Shown in pieces: positions 1-10,005 of a stretch of DNA of 38,151 nucleotides (positions are counted from its first letter, which is position 1; every line of letters starts with the position of its first letter). A program made the position numbers and the translations under genes. Source of the DNA: a virus. The DNA is taken from IMG/VR virus record IMGVR_UViG_3300032007_000207, one strand, 5' to 3'. The notes below the pieces were generated by a model. It was given only the letters and a program-made list of their open reading frames with translations, did no database searches and had not been told where the DNA came from.

Positions 1-127
1 TTTTGCGGTGCTCCGCACCCCCCAAAGTGGTTTAATCATCTCACCTCGCGCGAGGACGCGCTTCGGTCAATCCATACTGAAGGCCAGGCGAGCACCATAA
101 CCCCAGAGCGAGCGAGACAGGGCATCA
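1..127. repeat. Terminal direct repeat copy 1 (assembly overlap indicating a circular or complete genome)
   Basis: 1-127 is identical to 38025-38151; 127 bp is a common assembler k-mer overlap. Confidence 0.95.
4..61 (-). other. GC-rich hairpins downstream of the DGR VR (candidate target-recognition hairpin)
   Basis: tgcgg-tgct-ccgca (4-17), palindrome cctcgcgcgagg (44-55) and the alternative gcgcg-agga-cgcgc (48-61), just past the target stop codon; DGR VRs are typically followed by short GC stem-loops. Confidence 0.5.
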
Positions 128-1401
128 CCCAAAATCAGGGACGAAAGACCGCCACGCGAGCCATCACCCGAGCAGCCACCGACACGGATTGCCCTCTGTG
201 CTCCAGCATGCATATAGTGCCCGTCGCACAGACCGACTGCATCGCCGCCTGTGATGTTGTTCGGCATTCCCCATGCCTGCTCCGATGTCTCGATGACGTC
301 CGAATAGACCCATCCTCCGGAATTGATCTTGGAATCCGGGACAGGCATCGAGTATGCGAGGATCTTGCTCGTAGTCAGGTCGTCCACATGTGCATTGTCG
401 TTATCGCCCACGTAGAAGTCCTGGTAGTAGTTGAACTCCTCGGACACCGTCTTCGCACGATATGCTGTCAGGAGGCAGTCGTCCACCAACTGCCAGATGT
501 TCGCCCAGGGGTTCTCGATAAGACACTTGACTGGCGATGTTGTGCCTGACACATCCCCTGCGAAGAGTCCGGCGGAGTTGAGCGCTCCGTTGGTGGCGAA
601 CCCCGGATTTCCCGAGGATCCTCCGGTGGATACGCCCTGGCCGAGGTTCCTCTGGCTGTCGAATGACTTCATGACGAAGAGGGCCATGTCGCAGATGAGC
701 CTCCACTCGTGGAAGTTCCAGACGTGCCATTCCAGATCGGTGTTGTTGTTCTTGGCGTACTGGCGGAAGTTCTCTCCCGAGGTGTTGTTGGTGGGAGTGA
801 CCCCCGAGATGCTCTTCAGCTTGTTGGTGCCGTTGTCGTCCACGGTTTTGCCCGGATAGACTCCGATGCAGCAGTACTTGTAGGTGTGCCCTCCGCGCCT
901 GTGCGCGTAGGCTTTCCCGTCGGACGGACTCGTGGAAAGCACGATCCCGCTGGCGTTCCTGCTGATATACCTGGTGGGTATGCAGAACATGACGTTCTCC
1001 TGCGTGATCTCCGTGGATATGTCTATCCCGTTGATGTCCTTGGCGAGATTCGTGGGGTCCAGCACATGGAGTATGTCCCCATCGCCGTTGATGGTCGCGT
1101 AGAAGCAGTCCGCCAGCATGGGGTCGTCCATGCCCCACGAACCCGTGTCGAGTATGTTGTTCAGATTTCTGACGGGGGTATGGTTCGCGCACTCCAGCGT
1201 GTACGTGAGGCAGGCGGTCGGGTCGGTCTTGAACGTGGTCGGGTTGAACGAGAGCCCGTACCTGAAGCCGGATCCTGTGATGAACTCGCCCGGGATCTTC
1301 TTGTCGGGTCCGAGCATCACCGCATCTCCTACGTTCTCTGCCTGCATGCCACGGAGGTGGCCTCTTACTTTCCAGTCGTTGTTATGGTCATAATGTGTCA
1401 T
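67..1401 (-). CDS. DGR target protein; putative tail fibre/receptor-binding protein with C-terminal C-type-lectin-like variable domain (444 aa)
   Basis: C-terminus RVGGCSGDGSRGGLSSLILGDALSRSLWGYGARL is encoded by the VR; follows a tail-fibre gene with ATGA overlap. Confidence 0.85.
   Translation of the reverse strand: MTHYDHNNDWKVRGHLRGMQAENVGDAVMLGPDKKIPGEFITGSGFRYGLSFNPTTFKTDPTACLTYTLECANHTPVRNLNNILDTGSWGMDDPMLADCFYATINGDGDILHVLDPTNLAKDINGIDISTEITQENVMFCIPTRYISRNASGIVLSTSPSDGKAYAHRRGGHTYKYCCIGVYPGKTVDDNGTNKLKSISGVTPTNNTSGENFRQYAKNNNTDLEWHVWNFHEWRLICDMALFVMKSFDSQRNLGQGVSTGGSSGNPGFATNGALNSAGLFAGDVSGTTSPVKCLIENPWANIWQLVDDCLLTAYRAKTVSEEFNYYQDFYVGDNDNAHVDDLTTSKILAYSMPVPDSKINSGGWVYSDVIETSEQAWGMPNNITGGDAVGLCDGHYMHAGAQRAIRVGGCSGDGSRGGLSSLILGDALSRSLWGYGARLAFSMD
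78..186 (-). repeat. DGR variable repeat (VR)
   Basis: 109-bp alignment to 37832-37940 with 17 mismatches, all at TR adenines on the coding strand. Confidence 0.97.
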
Positions 1402-3638
1402 CCTGTGATCACCACTGTGAAGGTCTCCCCGACGGACGGGGGTGTGCTAAAGGTCAGCTTGACCGCGTTTGTGATAAGCTGAATTAGGGTGGAGGTCCTC
1501 GTGCCGTCGCTCTCGTAGAGAGAGACCTGCGGAGAGCCCCCGAAGGTGTGCGATATTGTGAATACGGTCGTAGTGCCGTCGCCTGTGATGGTCGATTCGA
1601 CGGAGCTCGCCTTCGCGCCCCACGCGCTCTTCTCGGTATCGGTCACGACGCGGTGGATAGCATCGTCCGATAGATCTGACAATGCCGAGGGTATGGTCGG
1701 TTTGTTCAGGATCTGCGCATCTCCGGAGGATGCATTCCAGTCAGCGTTCACGTTGACCTCTGCACCTGCGGCGATGGCATCGAGCTTCGTCTTGTACGCG
1801 TCGGTGAAGTCGTTGGAGGACAACGACTTACCGGATACCTTATCGACCTTCCCCGATAGGTCTATGTTCACCGCTCTGCTGCCATCGGGCACCAGCGCAG
1901 TGCCGTCCACTTTGACGGCCTCGATGATGTTGACCTCTGCGCCCTCCTCCACTCCGAGGTCTGAAGCGGTCAGAAGCTGGTCGAGGTCCTCTCCGTAGAC
2001 GATGGATGCACCCATCCTCCATACGACGACATCGAACTCTCCTGCCGCCGGGGGTGCCGAGAACGTGACCTTCACGGTATTGTTGCTGGGCCTCTCCACG
2101 AGGGCACCTGATATGGCATGGTCGGAGGCGGTCTCGGATACTATGACCGCGACATCGTATGAATCGAGGTTGTGAGTCAAGGTGAATACGGTCGTGATAC
2201 CGTCTCCGATGCTGGGGAATTTCACGCAGTTGGATATTCCGGAACCTCCTCCTGTGTGGATCTCGTCCCACCATCCGGTGGAATCGGTGGGGTCGTGTCC
2301 GACGTTGTTCGATTGGAGCGAGAGGAACAGCTTACCGTTGACATTGGTGATGGCGGAATCCTCGTAGACGATCGTGGAATCCCACTGCGCTACCCCTTCC
2401 TCTTTGGTGACAGCATTCTCCAGACCGAGGTCCGCTTTGGTCAGGACCACATCGCCCTGGTGGCCGTTGACCGAGGTCACCAGCGCGGGTGTGACCACGT
2501 GAACCCAATCGTTGATCACCGAGTAGACGCCGTCGCATATCCACATCCCGTTGTTGGTGAGGCTGGAGTCATTGGTCACGATTGCGTAGTCCCCTTTCTG
2601 TGCGGTGGACAGGCCAGTCAGGTCGGCCTTCGTGTCGACAGTACCCAGGAACTCGCTGATGGCATACGAAGGGATGCAGGAGGGGGGTATCTTTCCATCG
2701 AGATTCAGCACGGGGACCTCTCCGGCACTCGTTCCGGCATTCAGGGCCGACGCGGTACCGAGCGTGGGTTTGTGCGCAATGTATGCCATGGATGAGCTGT
2801 CGGCCTCGGTCCAATCGGCCTGGACCGCAATCGCCGCCAGAGCGGAGGCGAGGTCCTGCTGACCGGATAACGTGCCATCTATGTCCCCCCAGGAGACCTT
2901 GGCACGGAATACCTGCCACCCGTCCTCCGAAGACAGCCTTGTGTCGTCCTTGACCACATACATGAGGTTGCTCTGCGTCACCTTCACAACATCCCCGTTC
3001 TGCACTGTGGAGGCGGTCAGCGCCAGCCTGTCGGCCTCGGTGGCCACCGTTATCACCTCTCCCGTGGCCGATGGAGGCAGATTCTCCACGGAGATGATCC
3101 CCTCGATGTTGGCCGCCGGGAGGCGGAGGGCCTCAAGGTCGAACTCCACGGCGGTCTCCGCCCCGTTGATGTCGGTGACGACGAGGTTCCCGGTGGACGA
3201 GTCCTGGCGGAGCTCGATGACGGCCCTGGTCCATCTGTCCGCGTAGGCGGACACGAAGGCCCCGAAGGCGTCCACGCTCGGGGCCACGTTCAGGATCAGG
3301 ATGTTCTTGGAGGCGGTGACGATGCCGTTCTCGGAATCGTAGAGCACCACCTGGGTCGGGAGCTTGTGCGTCCTCGTGCACGCATTGAGGATCGTGTCGG
3401 GCACCGTGCAGGACAGGTAGTCCTCTCCCGGCACCTCCTCCAGGACGATGAACGGCTTGCGGTTCATGCCGTTATTGTCCCGGACCACGACATCGAACTC
3501 CAGCTTGACCTCGTATCCCTCGGGCGTCCCCGTCACGCGGATCTCGGTCGAGCTGTTGTCGATGGTCGCACCTGCATACCCATTATCGGCGGTGATGACG
3601 TGCGTGCCGTCATCGTATGCTATGACGATGGTCTGCAT
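1398..3638 (-). CDS. Mosaic tail fibre / upper-baseplate-like protein (746 aa)
   Basis: Motifs common in phage fibres (WGDIDGTLSGQQDL, DW..D...YIAHKP, VTSVNGHQGDVVL, GKSLSSNDFT..KLDAI..GAEVNVNADW), a CBM5/12-like WDSTIVY..GWW segment and a duplicated GDGxTTVFTxxH module. Confidence 0.7.
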   Translation of the reverse strand: MQTIVIAYDDGTHVITADNGYAGATIDNSSTEIRVTGTPEGYEVKLEFDVVVRDNNGMNRKPFIVLEEVPGEDYLSCTVPDTILNACTRTHKLPTQVVLYDSENGIVTASKNILILNVAPSVDAFGAFVSAYADRWTRAVIELRQDSSTGNLVVTDINGAETAVEFDLEALRLPAANIEGIISVENLPPSATGEVITVATEADRLALTASTVQNGDVVKVTQSNLMYVVKDDTRLSSEDGWQVFRAKVSWGDIDGTLSGQQDLASALAAIAVQADWTEADSSSMAYIAHKPTLGTASALNAGTSAGEVPVLNLDGKIPPSCIPSYAISEFLGTVDTKADLTGLSTAQKGDYAIVTNDSSLTNNGMWICDGVYSVINDWVHVVTPALVTSVNGHQGDVVLTKADLGLENAVTKEEGVAQWDSTIVYEDSAITNVNGKLFLSLQSNNVGHDPTDSTGWWDEIHTGGGSGISNCVKFPSIGDGITTVFTLTHNLDSYDVAVIVSETASDHAISGALVERPSNNTVKVTFSAPPAAGEFDVVVWRMGASIVYGEDLDQLLTASDLGVEEGAEVNIIEAVKVDGTALVPDGSRAVNIDLSGKVDKVSGKSLSSNDFTDAYKTKLDAIAAGAEVNVNADWNASSGDAQILNKPTIPSALSDLSDDAIHRVVTDTEKSAWGAKASSVESTITGDGTTTVFTISHTFGGSPQVSLYESDGTRTSTLIQLITNAVKLTFSTPPSVGETFTVVITG

Positions 3639-3681
3639 GCGCGGACGATGCGCGGACGATAAGGGATATAATCACAGAAAC
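3636..3681 (-). promoter_or_regulatory. Late promoter/leader, copy 1 of a 46-bp direct repeat
   Basis: Identical to 34709-34754; contains TTCTGTGATTATA (3667-3679), 29 nt from the ATG at 3638. Confidence 0.8.
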
Positions 3682-3731
3682 AGAAGGGCGGCCAGGGACG
3701 CCCGGTGACGACGCCCTTGGACGATGATGGT

Positions 3732-3749
3732 GGGGGGAATCCTCCCCCC
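3732..3749 (-). terminator. GC stem-loop ending the capsid operon
   Basis: gggggga-atcc-tcccccc just downstream of the stop at 3759 and upstream of the next promoter. Confidence 0.5.
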
Positions 3750-3758
3750 GGGGTGTTC

Positions 3759-4076
3759 TCAGGACTCGGGAGTCGGGCAGTGCCTCTGGTAATGGAGGAC
3801 CGCGTACACGTCGTGGTTGGACGCGGTCGTGATCTTCATGTACCTGGCGTAGCCGATGTACGCGGCGGCGTTGCCGCCCGCGGCGACGATGAGGTCGCTG
3901 GACGACACATCCGCATAGTTGGTTCCGTCGGCGGAGACCTGGATGCCATGGGAATCGGCGATGTTCGTGTATCCGACGATGATGACGCTGGATGCGTCCT
4001 TGAGGTCGATTGCGTCGGGGCTGGAAGCCTTCCCCGCGCCGACCATGATCTGTGTGACGTCTTCTCTTACTGCCAT
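3759..4076 (-). CDS. Small virion protein, possibly capsid decoration (105 aa)
   Basis: Directly after the MCP; GGTGA RBS before ATG 4076; beta-rich sequence. Confidence 0.55.
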   Translation of the reverse strand: MAVREDVTQIMVGAGKASSPDAIDLKDASSVIIVGYTNIADSHGIQVSADGTNYADVSSSDLIVAAGGNAAAYIGYARYMKITTASNHDVYAVLHYQRHCPTPES

Positions 4077-4086
4077 TCGTCTCACC

Positions 4087-5208
4087 TCAGCTTGCCTTGA
4101 CCTTGAGCCCGACCATGCTGGCGGGCTGGACCACTCCGCCTCCGACGCGCTTGTTGACGCGGAAGATGACGGTGTTGTTCGCGGCTCCGGTGTACTCGTC
4201 GCGGAGGATGTCCATGTCCATCCTGTCCACGATGGTGTAAGTGTTCTTCAGGTCCCCGAACATCGCCACGACCGCGTTGGCGGTGGTGATGGTGTTGGGG
4301 GCGCTCTTCAGGATCCTCACGGGGAACCCGTTGTAGGTGGGGTCCATGCCCTGGGAGAGGGCGGGGTTCCAGAGGTACTGGTTCGTTGTGTCCTTGAACT
4401 TCCTCATGGCGACGGCCAGCTTCTTGCTGACGTAGTACGCGGCGTTGGCATCGGTGGCCTGGGTGGTCTCTCCCCACATGTCGATGAGGTCGTCGGCCTT
4501 GACGGTCAGAGCGGTGCCGGTGGTGATGTTGGAGATCTTGTCGCAGGAGAACAGTCCCTCGGGCTGTTTGAATCCGCTCCCGGCGACGAAGGCGGCGCCC
4601 TCTGCATCGGAGAGCGCGTCCGCGATCCTGCCCATGACGTACTGCTCGAAGTTCACGACCGCCGCGTCCTGCAGGAGGTCCCTGGAGATCTTGACGGTGG
4701 CCTGGACGGTGTTGACGGGGATGTTCCCGAGGCCCACGGCGACGTTGTCTGTCTCCCCTCTGGTCTCGACCTCGCCGACCCATGCGGTGGTGGGCTTGCC
4801 GGTCTCCACGGGGACCTGCGCCAGGTTGGTGCCTATCCTGATGGAGTTGGCGTACGGCCTGAAGACGTCGCTGTCGGTCTGGAGGTCGATGATCCTCTGC
4901 GCCAGGGTGGGCACGACGAGGTATCCTCCGGAGGGGCCGACGAGCTCCTGCGCGGGGGCGCCCTTCTTCATGTAGCTGGAGAGGGCCTTCATCTCTGCGG
5001 AGTCGAGGACGTCCGCGGCGTTGCCGCCTCCGAGCTCTCCCCTCTTCATGGCGATCTCGACCGTTGCGGCGAGCTCCGCCATCTTCTGCTCGGTCTCTTC
5101 GGCTTTCGCCTTGAGACCCTTGTACTCCTCAGGCACGCCCTTGAGCTCGTCGGAGAGTCCCTTGAGCTCTGTAAGGGCTGCCTGAATATCCTTGGTGTAA
5201 TCACTCAT
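4087..5208 (-). CDS. HK97-fold major capsid protein (373 aa)
   Basis: N-terminal coiled-coil delta domain, GGYLVVP, DAEGAAFVAGSG..QPEGL, YLWNP, MFGD, RVGGGVVQP. Confidence 0.95.
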   Translation of the reverse strand: MSDYTKDIQAALTELKGLSDELKGVPEEYKGLKAKAEETEQKMAELAATVEIAMKRGELGGGNAADVLDSAEMKALSSYMKKGAPAQELVGPSGGYLVVPTLAQRIIDLQTDSDVFRPYANSIRIGTNLAQVPVETGKPTTAWVGEVETRGETDNVAVGLGNIPVNTVQATVKISRDLLQDAAVVNFEQYVMGRIADALSDAEGAAFVAGSGFKQPEGLFSCDKISNITTGTALTVKADDLIDMWGETTQATDANAAYYVSKKLAVAMRKFKDTTNQYLWNPALSQGMDPTYNGFPVRILKSAPNTITTANAVVAMFGDLKNTYTIVDRMDMDILRDEYTGAANNTVIFRVNKRVGGGVVQPASMVGLKVKAS

Positions 5209-5899
5209 CGTGAATCAGCTCCTTATGGAGGCTCTTGACCTCGGCGACGATGTCGCGTATCGCCTTGGCGTCGTCCTCGTTGTTCTCCTCGGGGCCGTCC
5301 TCGGCCTCGGTTCCATCCTCGGGCGGGATCTCTTCGCCCTCCTTCCCGTCCTCCTTCTCTATCTCGGAGAGCGCCTCCTTCACCATCCCGATGAAGGCGG
5401 CCCTGGTCTCCTCGTCGAGGGAGGACAGCCCTTCCTTGAGCTCCAGCTTCATGTTCTTCGCCTCTGCGGTTGCCTCGGGGTTGCAGGGGAAGGCCACGAG
5501 CGAGACCTCGACGAGCTCCACATCCTTGAGGAGGCGGTGCCCTTCTGCGTCCCAGTCGCAGTCCCTGACGATGTACCCGATGGAGAGGCCCCTGAGGTCG
5601 CCCCTCTTCAAAAGGTGGTATCCCTCCTTCCCGCGCTGGACGTCCATGTTGAATGATCCCTCGATCCTCAACGCGGCCTCGGAATCCACGACGTCGAAGG
5701 ATCCTATCACGTCCTTCATGTCGTGGCTCCAGAGCAGCGGGTAGTGGATGCCCTTCTCCGCGAGGCACCTCTTGAACGCGCCGGGGAGGACGATGTCGCC
5801 CGCCAGATCCACGTTGCCGTAGGTCGATGCATCCCCCGAGAATCTGCCGAGACTGCCATCATCCGCGATTTTGAAGCTCAGACTCTTAGTCTCGAACAT
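5201..5899 (-). CDS. HK97-family prohead protease (232 aa)
   Basis: G.ASTYGNVD..GDIV.PGAF, LLWSHD, GLSIGY, ELVEVSLVAFPCNPEA. Confidence 0.93.
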   Translation of the reverse strand: MFETKSLSFKIADDGSLGRFSGDASTYGNVDLAGDIVLPGAFKRCLAEKGIHYPLLWSHDMKDVIGSFDVVDSEAALRIEGSFNMDVQRGKEGYHLLKRGDLRGLSIGYIVRDCDWDAEGHRLLKDVELVEVSLVAFPCNPEATAEAKNMKLELKEGLSSLDEETRAAFIGMVKEALSEIEKEDGKEGEEIPPEDGTEAEDGPEENNEDDAKAIRDIVAEVKSLHKELIHDE

Positions 5900-5919
5900 G
5901 CTTCGTCGATGTCGGCGGG

Positions 5920-6756
5920 TTAGGTTCTATAATCACAGAAAGCGGGTCGCATCTCGAAAATCACGTCGCAACGGCAGTTGACGACCTCGGAGGCGGGAGG
6001 GCTCCACTTGTGGTCGAGGGGGCACTCCATGCGGACGGGGAGCCCCTCCTTGGACGTCCACTCGAACCAGCCGTCGAAGGGCACCGTCATGCCGTTGATC
6101 TGCGCGTGCGTGTCGCGGGTGTCGATGTCGCCCACGGCCATCCACGACTTGGAGCCCTGGAAGTCCAGCGAGCGCATGGTCTCCACGGACGCCCTGTTTG
6201 TGGCGCAGGCGGTCTCCGTCCTCGCTATGGCGTTGCACCTGAAGGGGCTGTCGAAGATTCCGGCGAGCTCCTCGCGGAACTCCACCTGGTTGGCGGAGAC
6301 CTCGTAGGCCCTGCGGACCTGCTCCAGGACGGTGTTGTCGATGAAGGTGATCTTGATCCCGCACTCGTCCCTCACCCACTGCCTGATGGCGGCCTCGTAG
6401 GCCGTCTCCTTCTTGCCCTTCTTGGTCTCCCACGAGGCGTACAGGGCCTTCGCCCTGTCCGTCCTGTCCATCATCGGGTACATGTCGTAGGCTATGGAGA
6501 CGTAGGCCTCCTCCAGGGACGCCCGGATGAGGGGCTCGCCCTCGAGGACGGCGGCCTGGGCGTCACTGGGGTCGATGAACGTGAGCTCGAGCAGGGAGTC
6601 CAGCTCCGCCCGGTACGCCCGGAGGAGGTTGGACTTCAGGACCCGCTGGTGCTTGTAGCGGATGCGCTCGACCTGCATGTGGTAGCGGCGGGCCTGGAGG
6701 GGGCGCATGGCCCCCTTGGAGTAGGCCTTGACGTTCCAGTCGAACTCGTAGGTCAT
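5920..6756 (-). CDS. Head morphogenesis protein, SPP1 gp7/MuF-like (278 aa)
   Basis: RCNAIARTE, KSWMAVGD..TRDTH, EVVNCRC; starts MTYEFD with ATGA overlap on the portal stop. Confidence 0.88.
   Translation of the reverse strand: MTYEFDWNVKAYSKGAMRPLQARRYHMQVERIRYKHQRVLKSNLLRAYRAELDSLLELTFIDPSDAQAAVLEGEPLIRASLEEAYVSIAYDMYPMMDRTDRAKALYASWETKKGKKETAYEAAIRQWVRDECGIKITFIDNTVLEQVRRAYEVSANQVEFREELAGIFDSPFRCNAIARTETACATNRASVETMRSLDFQGSKSWMAVGDIDTRDTHAQINGMTVPFDGWFEWTSKEGLPVRMECPLDHKWSPPASEVVNCRCDVIFEMRPAFCDYRT
5928..5940 (-). promoter_or_regulatory. Late promoter motif TTCTGTGATTATA
   Basis: Exact motif, 29 nt from the protease ATG (5899). Confidence 0.75.
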
Positions 6757-8048
6757 AGTCCGATGTCCCCGAGGAGGGCCTTCAGGTCGTCCTTGTCCGG
6801 GTCGGTCGCGCCGGGATCGAGGTCGCCGCCGGAGTACTCGGACAGGGGCACGTCCGCCATCGTGAGCATGACCTGGTCGGCCAGCGGGTCCTTGATGCGG
6901 TCGTAGCCGAGCTTCTCGCGCTTGTCGTTGATCGTCAGGAAGCTCGCCGCCTGGAGCGCGGTGTAGAGGTCGGTCTGCACGCCCATGTAGTCGGAGAGCT
7001 GCTCCTCGTCGTAGGTGTACTCGCTGATGCCCTTGGCGATGGGCTTGTCCCTGAAGAAGCCCCATATCGACGAGTAGACGAGGTCCAGCAGGGGGCGGAT
7101 GGTGTTGACCACGATCTGCCTGGAGGCCTCCTGGGCGTTGGAGTAGGTCTTGTTCGCGCTGTCCCCCATCATCTCCGGGGGGATGCCGTAGGATATGGCG
7201 ATCTCCTTGGCGGAGTTGATCAGGCCCTTGACGTAGTCCATCTCCACGGCGGTCATGCCCAGGACGGACACGTCCATGCCGTCGTCGAGGACCATCCCGT
7301 TCCCGGCGTTCCTCGCGCCCTGGTATCCGCGCCTGAGGTCCTCCTTGAGATTGGCCCTGTCCTCCTTGGTCAGCCTGTGCTGGACCTTCACGGCCATCGA
7401 GGGCTTGGCGCCGTTGTTGGTAGTGGCGATGTTCCACTCCTTGATGGCGTTCATCATCTCGACGGACTTCCCGCAGGAGGCCATCTTGGAGAGGCCCCTG
7501 ACGTTCCCCATGTCGGGGTCCGGGAGCCTGATGTGGATGATCTCCTCCGGGAGGAATGTGCTCTGGCCGTCGATGTACTTGGAGCACCGCCACATGCGGA
7601 CGGGCTCCGCCAGGTCCATGCCGTCGGTCTGCTCGGTGATCATCCTCGGGTCTATCAGGAAGAGGGCGTCGTATCCGGTGGCCCTCCTGTGGGGGAAGAC
7701 GAAGGCCTCACCGTAGATGCCCAGGTAGATGCCGATCTGCTGGAGGAAGTCGTGGCGGGTCATGCCGGGGCGGGGGTTGTCCATGAGCTGGATGAACGGG
7801 TTGTCAGTGTCGGTGATGTCGTTGTGCGCCTGGTCGTACGCTATGTGGTCGATGCTGGAGAGCCTGACGCCGTAGAGGTCGCAGGCCTGGCGGACGTAGG
7901 GGTTCATCATGTAGCCCTGGGCGTACTGCGTGTCCCTGTTCGTCCAGTCCCTGCCGTCGCCTCCGAGGGTGAGGACGGCCATGCCGACATCCTCGGGCTT
8001 GCCGTCCTCCCCCTTGCGCGCGCTGAAGAAATCGGTTATTGAGACCAT
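6753..8048 (-). CDS. HK97-family portal protein (431 aa)
   Basis: NPYVRQAC, NPRPGMT, GEAFV, EEIIHIR, G.S, IAISYGIPPEMMG, IRPL, LTINDKREKLG. Confidence 0.95.
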   Translation of the reverse strand: MVSITDFFSARKGEDGKPEDVGMAVLTLGGDGRDWTNRDTQYAQGYMMNPYVRQACDLYGVRLSSIDHIAYDQAHNDITDTDNPFIQLMDNPRPGMTRHDFLQQIGIYLGIYGEAFVFPHRRATGYDALFLIDPRMITEQTDGMDLAEPVRMWRCSKYIDGQSTFLPEEIIHIRLPDPDMGNVRGLSKMASCGKSVEMMNAIKEWNIATTNNGAKPSMAVKVQHRLTKEDRANLKEDLRRGYQGARNAGNGMVLDDGMDVSVLGMTAVEMDYVKGLINSAKEIAISYGIPPEMMGDSANKTYSNAQEASRQIVVNTIRPLLDLVYSSIWGFFRDKPIAKGISEYTYDEEQLSDYMGVQTDLYTALQAASFLTINDKREKLGYDRIKDPLADQVMLTMADVPLSEYSGGDLDPGATDPDKDDLKALLGDIGL

Positions 8049-8076
8049 GGAGCAGTAGAGGGGCGCGCGGATGGAC

Positions 8077-8089
8077 TATAATCAGAAAA
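8077..8089 (-). promoter_or_regulatory. Late promoter variant TTTTCTGATTATA
   Basis: Variant motif overlapping the TerL stop, 29 nt from the portal ATG (8048). Confidence 0.65.
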
Positions 8090-9458
8090 AGTCGATGCGC
8101 GACGGACCCGCCGTCTGGAGCTCGGCGAAGGCCCCGCTGGTGGCGTCCACCTGGTCGTCGTGGGCCCCCAGGGGGAACTCGCAGAACTCCTGGATGTACT
8201 CGCGGTTCCATTGGCCCCTCAGGAGGCTGACGTTCCCGCACTCCAACGCGGCGGCCAGCGGCCCCGCCCTCAGCTCCTTGGAGCCCGTGACCTTGTCCGG
8301 GCGGAAGTCGTAGCCCGCGAGGATCCTCCTCGCGTACAGGTCGATGACCTCCACGCCCGAGGATCCCGGCTCCTGCTCCATCCTGATCCTGACGTTCCTC
8401 CCGTCCTGCTCCGCCGTCCTCCTGATGACGTCCTGGACCTCTTTGGGCCCATACTGCACGTGGACCACGTCCTCCACGCAGTAGCGCCCGTCCTCTGATG
8501 CTATGAGCACGCCCGTGGTCCAATCGCCCCCTCCGGCGGTGGCGGCCTTGTCCCAGTACCTGCACCTGTAGGCGTGCTCTCCGAAGGGCTTGTCCGTGAC
8601 CTGGAACCACTCGCGGCGGAAGAAGCCCCCCTCGTCCGGGGTCGGGCGCCCCTGGTAGAGGGCCTCGAAGACGCGGGACCCCACATCCGCCCGGATGCTC
8701 ATGAGGTGGTCCAGGTCGTACCTCTCGGGCCAGAGGGCGCGCCCGTCCGCGTCTATGGCGGGGAGATGGAGCACGTCCCATCCCTCGGGGTTGTCGTTCA
8801 GGAGGCGCCCCACGAGGTCGTCGTGGTGCCACCTCGTCATGACGATCAGCACCTTGCCCCCGGGGGACAGCCTCGTCATGGCTACCGAGGCGAACCAGTC
8901 ATGGATGTTGTCGCGGATGGTCTGCGAGCTGGCCTCCTCCGCGTCCTTGATGGGGTCGTCGATGACGATGAGGTCGGCACCGGACCCCGTCAGCCCCGCG
9001 CCGATGCCTGCGGCGATGAGGGACGGCCTGCCGTTGAGCTTGCCCTCGAGCATGATCTCGTCGGCATTGTCCACGGCGAGCTGGGGTCTGTCGAAGATGA
9101 GCTGGTGCCATTCCTCGTCGAAGAGCTTCCGGCACGAGCGGGCCATCTTCCTGGCCTGGCCTTGATTGTAGGAGGCCAGCATGACCTCCCTCCGCCCGGG
9201 ATCGTTGGACAGGAACCACGCCGGGAGGCACTCGGAGCAGATGGTCGACTTCATGTGCCTCGGGGGCGTGGTGACTATCAGCCCCCTGCGCTCGCTCTCC
9301 AGGAAGGCCTGGATGGTGTCGCAGATGAGCTCTATGTGCCTGCCGTGGACGTATCCGGGCTTGGAGAGGACCATCCTCTCCACGTAGTCGTAGAACCGCA
9401 CCCTGGACTCTATCATGGCGTCGATGAGCCTGTCTATCTCGGCGGTGTCGGCTGTCAT
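8082..9458 (-). CDS. terL: Terminase large subunit (458 aa)
   Basis: Walker A PPRHMKS, Walker B LIVIDDP, VMTRWHHDDL, nuclease YWDKA and HDDQVDA. Confidence 0.95.
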   Translation of the reverse strand: MTADTAEIDRLIDAMIESRVRFYDYVERMVLSKPGYVHGRHIELICDTIQAFLESERRGLIVTTPPRHMKSTICSECLPAWFLSNDPGRREVMLASYNQGQARKMARSCRKLFDEEWHQLIFDRPQLAVDNADEIMLEGKLNGRPSLIAAGIGAGLTGSGADLIVIDDPIKDAEEASSQTIRDNIHDWFASVAMTRLSPGGKVLIVMTRWHHDDLVGRLLNDNPEGWDVLHLPAIDADGRALWPERYDLDHLMSIRADVGSRVFEALYQGRPTPDEGGFFRREWFQVTDKPFGEHAYRCRYWDKAATAGGGDWTTGVLIASEDGRYCVEDVVHVQYGPKEVQDVIRRTAEQDGRNVRIRMEQEPGSSGVEVIDLYARRILAGYDFRPDKVTGSKELRAGPLAAALECGNVSLLRGQWNREYIQEFCEFPLGAHDDQVDATSGAFAELQTAGPSRIDFF

Positions 9459-10005
9459 CTTCTCCCTTCAGGAGCCTGCGGTACTCTATGAGCTCCGTGA
9501 CGGACATCTTGGACGTGTCCTTCACCTCTATGCGGCACTCCTGGGCTATGCGCCCCTCTATGAGGTCGTGGACGTAGACGGCAGCCGAGAGGTTCCCGTT
9601 CTGCGCCATGTCCTTGGCCTTGAGGGTCGGGATGTCGAGGGGCCTGATGCCGCGGATCTGCTCCTCGTCGTATCCGAGGTCCCGGAGCTTGGCGATCTCC
9701 TCGGAGGTCAGGGGCTGGTCGTTGGCCCACATGAGGGTTTCGCGTGCGGACCTGTAGGCACGTCTCGCCTCGCCGGACTTCCTGCCCGCCTCCGCCTTGG
9801 CGAGCTTGCCCTGTTCGGCCTCCTCCTTGCCCTGTTCGTCGAGCTTTTTGAACCTCTTTGCCCGTCCCGCCTCTATCATCTTCCTCGTGGCTTCCTTCTG
9901 CGCCTCCGTCCTCGGCTTCTTCGGGCCCTTGCGGGGCTTGGAGGTACCTCCGCCCCTCTTGGGCGCCTTCTTCGGTTCTACGGGCGTTTCCGTGCGTTCT
10001 CCCAT
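9448..10005 (-). CDS. terS: Putative terminase small subunit (185 aa if CGA 9448-9450 terminates)
   Basis: Immediately upstream of TerL; basic N-terminus and GRKSGEARR motif; the canonical stop is only at 8899, about 560 nt inside terL. Confidence 0.7.

Noticed and set aside
1-127. 127-bp terminal repeat as a biological direct terminal repeat
   Set aside because: The length matches an assembler k-mer overlap and it cuts through the VR; it is treated as evidence of circularity only.
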